This document shows positions 57,695-64,000 of a stretch of 64,000 nt of DNA, in pieces. Within the stretch, counting starts at the first letter, position 1, and every line of letters begins with the position of its first letter. The notes beneath the pieces were generated by a model that saw nothing but the letters and a program-made list of their open reading frames with translations, was not told where the DNA came from and ran no database searches. The stretch comes from Flavobacteriales bacterium (GTDB lineage: Bacteria; Bacteroidota; Bacteroidia; Flavobacteriales; Flavobacteriaceae): NCBI GenBank assembly GCA_038215845.1, contig JBBQQN010000001.1, forward strand, positions 451 to 64,450, given 5' to 3'. Made by a program: the position numbers and the translations under genes.

Positions 57695-58771
57695 ATGAAA
57701 TTAACTATTAAAGTTACACACCTCTTTTTTTTGGTTTTTCTTTTTGCTTTTAACTCCTGCAGAAAGGAAGAAGTGCAACTTATACAACCCCCCGAGGACG
57801 AAACCTTGGTTTCAAATTCTTTAATAGTTGATTTAATAAAACGGACTGTTTCCAACGATGGTTCCATCGATAACATAATTGATAATGCCAATTGTTTCAG
57901 GGTTCAACTACCCGTTACGGTGGCCGCAAACGATATAGAAATCACAGTAAATTCTGAAGCAGATTATGCTGAAATTGAAGATGTATTTGATGAATTTGAT
58001 GATGACAATGACACACTTGAAATATTTTTTCCCATCACTATAATTTTAGAAGATTATTCGCTGGTAACTATTGATAATTATAACGAATTGTCCAATTATT
58101 CCAACACGTGTAATGGCGAAAACAGGGCAGATGATGATATAGAATGTGTGGATTTTCAATATCCAATAAAGGCATCAATATTCAATGTGAATAACGAAAT
58201 GCTTGAAACCATCATATTGAATAATGATGAAATGCTTTATAAATTTATTGATGGAATTAATCAATTTGATCTTGTAACTATGGATTTTCCTATTGCAATA
58301 TTACTACCGGATGGTTCTTCAAGGAATGTTGAAAACCTAAACGAGCTTGAAAACGTGATTGAAACCAACAGGGATAATTGTGATGAAGATGATGACAACA
58401 ATTATAATGATGACGATTGCAATGAGTGTACAATTTCGCAATTGACAAACTATTTAACCGGTTGTTCAGATTGGGCTGTGGACCAGTTGGAAAGGGATAA
58501 TAGCAGTAATACTGAAGATTATTATGCCGGTTATGTTTTTAACTTTTATCCCGACGGCACATTAGTATCCCAATATTTCGCGCGTATTTATCCAGGAACA
58601 TGGACTGCCACGGGCTCTGCAAACAATATTACGGTAGTAATTGATATTCCCTCCTTGCCGGATTGTAACAACAATTGGATTTTACATGAAATTGAACAAA
58701 ATCCAGGCGAAACAAAAGTTGATTTAAGGTTGGGTGAGGAGCAGATACGCTATGTAAACGATTGCAATTGA
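57695..58771 (+). CDS. Lipoprotein with two Cys-bounded internal repeats, acidic linkers and a C-terminal lipocalin-like region
   Basis: 358 aa with lipobox FNSC. The internal repeat is C..Q.P......FPI.I.L.D.S......N.NEL.N.....C. Asp-rich stretches such as DDDNNYNDDDCNEC are present. Confidence 0.6.
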   Translation: MKLTIKVTHLFFLVFLFAFNSCRKEEVQLIQPPEDETLVSNSLIVDLIKRTVSNDGSIDNIIDNANCFRVQLPVTVAANDIEITVNSEADYAEIEDVFDEFDDDNDTLEIFFPITIILEDYSLVTIDNYNELSNYSNTCNGENRADDDIECVDFQYPIKASIFNVNNEMLETIILNNDEMLYKFIDGINQFDLVTMDFPIAILLPDGSSRNVENLNELENVIETNRDNCDEDDDNNYNDDDCNECTISQLTNYLTGCSDWAVDQLERDNSSNTEDYYAGYVFNFYPDGTLVSQYFARIYPGTWTATGSANNITVVIDIPSLPDCNNNWILHEIEQNPGETKVDLRLGEEQIRYVNDCN

Positions 58772-58801
58772 AGCATCGAAAAAACAGAAAACTAATCTCA
58801 A

Positions 58802-59176
58802 ATGCGCAAATTATTTTTTTTATTGACGCTAATAGTACTGGCTGTAATAGGCTATAACTATTTATATCAATCACATCGGGATATAGAGAGTGAAGACGCT
58901 ACATATTCTCTCACCGCGACTGAATTATATGCTGAATTTGAGACCAATCCACTTGCTTCACAAAATAAATACTTGAACAAGACCATTGAAATTTCTGGAT
59001 TTATTTCAGAAAAAAACGAAGCAGAAATTACCTTGGAGGACAAGGCATTTTGCCAGTTTTCCATCCCAATAAATAAAAATCTTGACCTAAATTCAAAAGT
59101 CAATATAAAAGGAAGATTTATTGGGTTTGATGACTTATTAGAGCAGGTAAAATTAGATCAGTGCATTATTAATTAA
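58802..59176 (+). CDS. Membrane-anchored small protein, possibly OB-fold (tRNA_anti-like)
   Basis: 124 aa with an N-terminal TM anchor. The pattern NKYLNKTIEISGFI...KVNIKGRFIGFDD is typical of OB-fold lipoprotein-like proteins. Confidence 0.45.
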   Translation: MRKLFFLLTLIVLAVIGYNYLYQSHRDIESEDATYSLTATELYAEFETNPLASQNKYLNKTIEISGFISEKNEAEITLEDKAFCQFSIPINKNLDLNSKVNIKGRFIGFDDLLEQVKLDQCIIN

Positions 59177-59193
59177 CTTAAAATAAAACCATT

Positions 59194-59784
59194 ATGAAAA
59201 CAAAATTATTATTACTGGCACTTTTTGGCATTTTTGCCACAAACGCACAAACAACCTATAATCTGGACTGGTTCATGGGGATTGGAACAAACGTAGATTT
59301 AACAATCGATCAAGGTGATACCGTTATCTGGACCTGGGGCGACACCGCTCCGCATACGGTAGAGAACTCGGTAGGTAACTCCGTAGAAACTTTTAGCAGT
59401 GGTGTAATTACAGGTATGGGCCAAACGTATTCATACACCTTTACCGTGGTGGGTGCCAATGATTATTTATGTGGTGTACATGGCCCAGCAAGTATGTCTG
59501 GAACTATTACCGTTAATGAAGTTTTGGGTGTAGATGAAAATGAATTGAATAAAATCAATATTTCTCCTAACCCCTCCTCTTCTTTTATCAGCCTGCAATT
59601 GCCAAAAAACATGAACCAAGGCCAAATAAGTGTTTATGATATGCTGGGGAAAAAACTTTATTCACAGGAGTTTACAACTGAAGGTTCGCATTCAATCGAT
59701 ATTTCAAAATGGAATTCCGGAATTTATTTCCTAAAAGTGAGTTCCGGTGAAAGGGTACAGACTGAAAGGTTTATCAAAAACTGA
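59194..59784 (+). CDS. Type-1 copper (plastocyanin/azurin-like cupredoxin) protein with a T9SS C-terminal sorting domain
   Basis: His in APHTV plus C-x2-H-x4-M (CGVHGPASM) form a blue-copper ligand set. The C-terminal ISPNPSS...GIYFLKV tail is T9SS-type. Confidence 0.8.
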   Translation: MKTKLLLLALFGIFATNAQTTYNLDWFMGIGTNVDLTIDQGDTVIWTWGDTAPHTVENSVGNSVETFSSGVITGMGQTYSYTFTVVGANDYLCGVHGPASMSGTITVNEVLGVDENELNKINISPNPSSSFISLQLPKNMNQGQISVYDMLGKKLYSQEFTTEGSHSIDISKWNSGIYFLKVSSGERVQTERFIKN

Positions 59785-59789
59785 TACCC

Positions 59790-60638
59790 TTGAAATATTT
59801 TTTCCTGCTAATTTTGTGGATGCCGGTTTTGGCTCTTTCCCAAGAAGACCTGCTTGCTGAAATTGATACCGATTCGGTTACCGATCAATACGCAACAGCT
59901 GCCTTCAAAGGGCTTAAAATTGTAAATTTTGAGTCCACAAAATTAGTAGCTAAAAAGGAACTTACGTTAATAGTTTCCCACCGGTTTGGAAGTATTGAAA
60001 ACGGCTTTGATAGCTTTTTCGGGCTTGATGATGCCGTTACCCGCTTAAATTTTATCTATGGACTTTTTGAGGGATTTAACATCAGTGTTTCCCGAAGTTC
60101 CTATCAAAAAATATACGAATCCGCCATTAAGTACGGCATCATTAAACAGCAAGAAAATGGGTTTCCGTTTACAATAGTTGGATACAATTCTATTTTGATA
60201 AATACGGCTTTGGATAAAGATAATTTGCCAAAACTGAAATTCAAACATCGGCTGGGCTACACTACTCAGCTTTTGGTTTCCAGAAAATTGAACACTAATT
60301 TTTCAGTGGAGTTGGCGCCCACGTATTTTCACGATAATTATGTGGCTATAAATGAACAAAGTAATGCACAGTTTGCAATGGGTTTTGGTGGCCGTTATAA
60401 ATTAGGCAAACGTTGGTCCCTTAATGCAGATTACGGTTGGCATTTAAATAGGGCCAATAATTCTCCCTTTAAAAACCCATTATCGGTAGGAGTGGACCTT
60501 GAAACCGGGGGGCACGTTTTTCAAATGCATTTTACAAATGCCCAACCGATGAATACCAATGGATTTTTGGGACAAGCTACCGGAGATTGGACAGAGGGTG
60601 ATATTTATTTCGGATTTAACCTGAGTCGGGTTTTTTAA
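59790..60638 (+). CDS. Outer-membrane beta-barrel protein (DUF5777-like)
   Basis: 282 aa with a TTG start and signal peptide MKYFFLLILWMPVLALSQ. Beta-strand periodicity runs through the protein, which ends ...GFNLSRVF. Confidence 0.55.
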   Translation: MKYFFLLILWMPVLALSQEDLLAEIDTDSVTDQYATAAFKGLKIVNFESTKLVAKKELTLIVSHRFGSIENGFDSFFGLDDAVTRLNFIYGLFEGFNISVSRSSYQKIYESAIKYGIIKQQENGFPFTIVGYNSILINTALDKDNLPKLKFKHRLGYTTQLLVSRKLNTNFSVELAPTYFHDNYVAINEQSNAQFAMGFGGRYKLGKRWSLNADYGWHLNRANNSPFKNPLSVGVDLETGGHVFQMHFTNAQPMNTNGFLGQATGDWTEGDIYFGFNLSRVF

Positions 60639-60648
60639 TGTATTGGTT

Positions 60649-61014
60649 ATGGAAAAATTTTTACTGAAAATCCTATTCTTAATTTGTACAATTCTGTTAA
60701 GTGGTTGTACAACTGCGCATGAAGAGGATTTGGTAGAGATTGTTCCCATTATTGAAGTAGTTACCTACACCGAAAATGTGAAACCAATTATTGAGAATAA
60801 TTGTATTATTTGCCATGCAGATCCTCCCCAAAACGGAGCCCCTATGCCTTTGCTTACCTATGAAAATGTAAAGGAAGCGGTTGAAAACAGAAACCTAATT
60901 GGACGGATATCTAGCGAAGATCCTTTGTTTTTGATGCCTTTTGGAGGTCCTAGACTTCCACAAAATTTAATAGATATTATTATTCAATGGAATGAAGACG
61001 GTTTAATAGAATAG
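60649..61014 (+). CDS. Small lipoprotein with a single CxxCH haem-c binding motif
   Basis: Lipobox LLSGC and motif NNCIICHADPPQNGAPMPL. The ATG at 60649 is preferred over the TTG at 60643. Confidence 0.6.
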   Translation: MEKFLLKILFLICTILLSGCTTAHEEDLVEIVPIIEVVTYTENVKPIIENNCIICHADPPQNGAPMPLLTYENVKEAVENRNLIGRISSEDPLFLMPFGGPRLPQNLIDIIIQWNEDGLIE

Positions 61015-61020
61015 AAAATC

Positions 61021-61563
61021 ATGAAAAATATATTATTTATAATCCTATTAGTGACTGCCTGTGCCTTTGGGCAGAATAAATACATAACCAAAACTGGCAC
61101 AATAAGTTTTGAAGCTTCGGTGCCTTCCTTCGAAGAGGTTGCTGCCAAAAATAATTCGGTAACCGCCATAATAAATATTGAAAATGGTGAAATTGCAGCA
61201 TTGGCCCTTGTAAAAGCATTTCGATTTAAAAATGCGCTGATGGAGGAACATTTCAATGAAAATTATGCCGAATCAGATAAGTATCCAAAAGCAAATTTTA
61301 AAGGGAAAATTTTAAATTTTTCTTTGGGAAGTCTGAATGAAACAAGTGAATTTTACATTGACGGGGAACTGGAATTCCATGGGGTGACCAAAGAAATAAA
61401 ACAAATTCCTGTAAGAATGAAACAAACAGAAAATGGAATTTTGCTTTCCGGACATTTTTCGGCCTTGGCTTCAGATTTTAATATTGAAATCCCTAAAATT
61501 GTAAAAAATAAAGTTTCGGACGAAGTGCAAATCGACTTTAATTTTGAACTTCAAAAAAAATAA
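61021..61563 (+). CDS. YceI-family periplasmic (polyisoprenoid-binding) protein
   Basis: 180 aa with a signal peptide and the start TGTISFEASVPSFEEV, followed by ELEFHGVTKEI. This matches the YceI pattern. Confidence 0.8.
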   Translation: MKNILFIILLVTACAFGQNKYITKTGTISFEASVPSFEEVAAKNNSVTAIINIENGEIAALALVKAFRFKNALMEEHFNENYAESDKYPKANFKGKILNFSLGSLNETSEFYIDGELEFHGVTKEIKQIPVRMKQTENGILLSGHFSALASDFNIEIPKIVKNKVSDEVQIDFNFELQKK

Positions 61564-61581
61564 TATTTTCCAATTTTTCTT

Positions 61582-63024
61582 TTAAAACTCTGCGTTGCCG
61601 GGCGTTCTTGGGTAAGGTATCACATCGCGAATGTTGCCCATTCCCGTAGTGAATTGTACCAAACGCTCAAAGCCAAGTCCAAATCCACTGTGTACGGCAG
61701 TTCCGAATTTACGAAGGTCCAAGTACCAATACAGTTCCTTTACGTCAATGTCCATGGCCACCATTTTTTCTTTTAACACATCGTAACGTTCCTCCCGTTG
61801 CGAACCACCAACTATTTCGCCAATTCCTGGGAAAAGCACATCCATGGCGCGAACGGTCTTGCCGTCATCATTAAGGCGCATATAGAACGCTTTAATTTTA
61901 GCAGGATAATCAAATAGGATTACTGGGCACTTAAAGTGTTTTTCAACCAAAAAGCGTTCGTGCTCACTTTGAAGGTCAGCGCCCCATTCATCAATAATAT
62001 ATTTGAATTTCTTCTTTTGATTGGGTTTTGATCTTTTTAAAATATCGATTGCTTCGGTATACGTTACTCGCTTAAAATTATTTTCAAGGATAAACTGAAG
62101 CTTTTCGCGAAGTTTCATTTCACTGCGCTCGTCCTGTGGCTTGCTTTTTTCTTCTTCAAGCAAACGGTTTTCAAGAAATTCCAAATCATCGGCACAGTTT
62201 TCCAACGCGTACTTGATAACATATTTTATAAAATCCTCCGCAAGGTCCATGTTTGCATCCAAATCATTGAACGCTACCTCTGGCTCAATCATCCAAAATT
62301 CAGCTAAATGCCTACTTGTATTGGAGTTTTCAGCCCTAAAAGTTGGACCAAAAGTATAAACCTTTCCTAGGCCCATCGCGTAGGTCTCGGCTTCCAACTG
62401 ACCGCTAACGGTAAGATTGGTTTCCTTTTCGAAAAAATCTTCTTTGTAATTTACATTTCCAGCTTCATCCAAAGGAGGGTTTTTTGCGTCTAAAGCAGAA
62501 ACCTGAAACATTTCGCCGGCACCTTCCGCATCACTTCCAGTTATAATTGGGGCGTGAAAATAATTAAAACCGTTTTTCTGAAAATATTCGTGAACGGCAA
62601 AAGCAAGTTTTGAACGGGTGCGCATGACGGCGCCAAAAGTATTTGTTCTAATCCGTAAGTGTGCCTGTTCGCGTAGAGTTTCAAGAGAATGGCGCTTGGG
62701 GGAAAGTATGGTAAGTTTTACCTCCTCTGGGTCGGCTTCGCCCAAAATTGTAATTTTTGAAACTTGAATTTCGAAGGTCTGCCCTTCGCCTTGGCTTTCG
62801 ACTAGCGTACCCGAAACCTCAATGGCAGCGCCCACGGTTATTTTCTTTAATAGTGATTCTTCAAAATTTTCAAAATCTACTACACATTGAAGCGTTTTTA
62901 TGGTAGAACCATCATTTAAAGCTATAAAACGGTTGCTTCTAAAGGATCGCACCCAACCCCTAATTATTATTTCATGGTGTGTGGGTTCGCTTTTTAATAA
63001 TTCAACTATGGTTTTGTATTGCAT
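61582..63024 (-). CDS. asnS: Asparagine--tRNA ligase
   Basis: 480 aa with an N-terminal OB fold. Class IIb motifs [19 protein letters not shown] and GFGLGFERL are present. Confidence 0.95.
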   Translation of the reverse strand: MQYKTIVELLKSEPTHHEIIIRGWVRSFRSNRFIALNDGSTIKTLQCVVDFENFEESLLKKITVGAAIEVSGTLVESQGEGQTFEIQVSKITILGEADPEEVKLTILSPKRHSLETLREQAHLRIRTNTFGAVMRTRSKLAFAVHEYFQKNGFNYFHAPIITGSDAEGAGEMFQVSALDAKNPPLDEAGNVNYKEDFFEKETNLTVSGQLEAETYAMGLGKVYTFGPTFRAENSNTSRHLAEFWMIEPEVAFNDLDANMDLAEDFIKYVIKYALENCADDLEFLENRLLEEEKSKPQDERSEMKLREKLQFILENNFKRVTYTEAIDILKRSKPNQKKKFKYIIDEWGADLQSEHERFLVEKHFKCPVILFDYPAKIKAFYMRLNDDGKTVRAMDVLFPGIGEIVGGSQREERYDVLKEKMVAMDIDVKELYWYLDLRKFGTAVHSGFGLGFERLVQFTTGMGNIRDVIPYPRTPGNAEF

Positions 63025-63123
63025 GGGTATTATTTAAGAGGCGTAAAGATAATTTTTTAAATATAAATTCGGAATTCAGAATTACTATTATTCTGTAAAA
63101 GGCAGAAGTGGGCTATGCCTAAA

Positions 63124-64000
63124 TTACTTGTTGTCTTCATCTTCTTCATTATCCGACAAGATTTCAATGGCGGGTTTTTTCATGGTTTCCTTATTGGCAA
63201 TGCTGCGTTCCAGTGAAAGCAATAAGGAAGGCAACAACAGTAAGTTGGATAGCATGGCAAATAGCAGTGTCATTGAAACTAGTGCGCCCAAAGCCACGGT
63301 ACCACCAAAGCTTGAAATGGTGAAAACGGAAAACCCAAAAAACAAAACAATGGAAGTATAAAACATACTTACACCCGTTTCGCGTAGGGCGCCATAGACA
63401 GATTTTCGGATCTTCCAGTTGTTTGCTATAAGTTCCTGCCTGTATTTTGCCAAAAAGTGAATGGTATCATCCACCGAAATTCCAAAGGCAATACTAAAAA
63501 CCAAAATAGTGGAAGGCTTTATGGGAACTCCCAAATACCCCATCAATCCTGCTGTAATAATAAGCGGAAGCAAGTTCGGAATCAGTGAAATAAGGATCAT
63601 TTTAAAACTCCGGAACATCCAAGCCATAAAAAGTGCAATTAAGAAAATAGCGAGGGAAAGGGAGAGAATAAGATTGTCAACCAAATAATGCGTCCCTTTT
63701 TGGAAGACCAATGCCTTTCCAGTTACCGTAACGTTATAGCGGTCCGGCGGGAAAACCTTATTTATTTCGTTGTGGAGATTTTCTTCAATGCGCTCAAACC
63801 TATCGGGCTCCGTGTCCTTCATAAAGGTGGTTATCCTCGCAAACTGACCTGTACTATCCACATAGCTGGTCAAAAGGTTAGTTTTTGTGGAACTGCTTTT
63901 GGCGTACGAAAGTAAAAAAGTACGTTCCTGGCTGTTGGGCAATTGGTAATATTCTGGGTTGTTATTATAGTAGGCTTGTTTGGAATATTTCACCAATTCT
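63124..64000 (-). CDS. RND/MMPL-superfamily membrane transporter, C-terminal part (gene continues past the window edge)
   Basis: The frame is open to the window end. It contains the C-terminal half of a periplasmic loop, a 5-6 helix TM bundle and an acidic tail. Confidence 0.7.
   Translation of the reverse strand, partial: ELVKYSKQAYYNNNPEYYQLPNSQERTFLLSYAKSSSTKTNLLTSYVDSTGQFARITTFMKDTEPDRFERIEENLHNEINKVFPPDRYNVTVTGKALVFQKGTHYLVDNLILSLSLAIFLIALFMAWMFRSFKMILISLIPNLLPLIITAGLMGYLGVPIKPSTILVFSIAFGISVDDTIHFLAKYRQELIANNWKIRKSVYGALRETGVSMFYTSIVLFFGFSVFTISSFGGTVALGALVSMTLLFAMLSNLLLLPSLLLSLERSIANKETMKKPAIEILSDNEEDEDNK

Noticed and set aside
57652-57891. A 79-aa minus-strand ORF in the ECF-sigma / lipoprotein divergent region.
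   Set aside because: It is mostly antisense to the lipoprotein's signal peptide region and has no motif. The divergent promoter region is a better explanation for this stretch.

Overview
The window looks like a chromosomal segment of a low-GC Bacteroidota genome, most likely a member of Flavobacteriia. The evidence is three proteins with T9SS-type C-terminal sorting tails, a SusC/SusD pair, several TonB-dependent receptors, an ECF/FecR/TBDR trio, an ExbB-ExbD-ExbD cluster and rpoN. Coding density is high. Most genes are core housekeeping: nrdB/nrdA, dgt, dxs, tadA, aspS, sucA/sucB, ansA, tatD, tRNA-Ser(GGA), rpoN and asnS. I saw no IS element, integrase, prophage, CRISPR array or recognisable defence system. 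The unusual signals are small-scale. (1) A four-helix-bundle (23S-IVS/Avd-like) gene sits between nrdB and nrdA, bracketed by repeated, self-complementary flanks. (2) A putative phosphate-acquisition island at 3.3-11.9 kb holds a long PiT, an OprO/P-type porin, a MORN-like protein and a lipoprotein plus TBDR. Its promoters share TTAACA-N5-GTAAC(A/C) direct repeats in 11-bp phase, which resembles a Pho box. An orphan terminator in the same region suggests an unannotated transcript. (3) Two perfect or near-perfect microsatellites (an 8-mer x6 and a 7-mer x8) fill the dxs/tadA divergent promoter. (4) A cold-shock-domain ORF has no ATG/GTG/TTG start and abuts an A7 run at the stop of the upstream ORF. 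(5) Two M36 metalloprotease genes lie in tandem, with the promoter duplicated as well. (6) A cluster of exported redox-type proteins (cupredoxin-T9SS, OM barrel, CxxCH lipoprotein, YceI) lies next to an ECF/FecR/TBDR unit. All functional calls come from reading motifs in the supplied translations. No database search was run.
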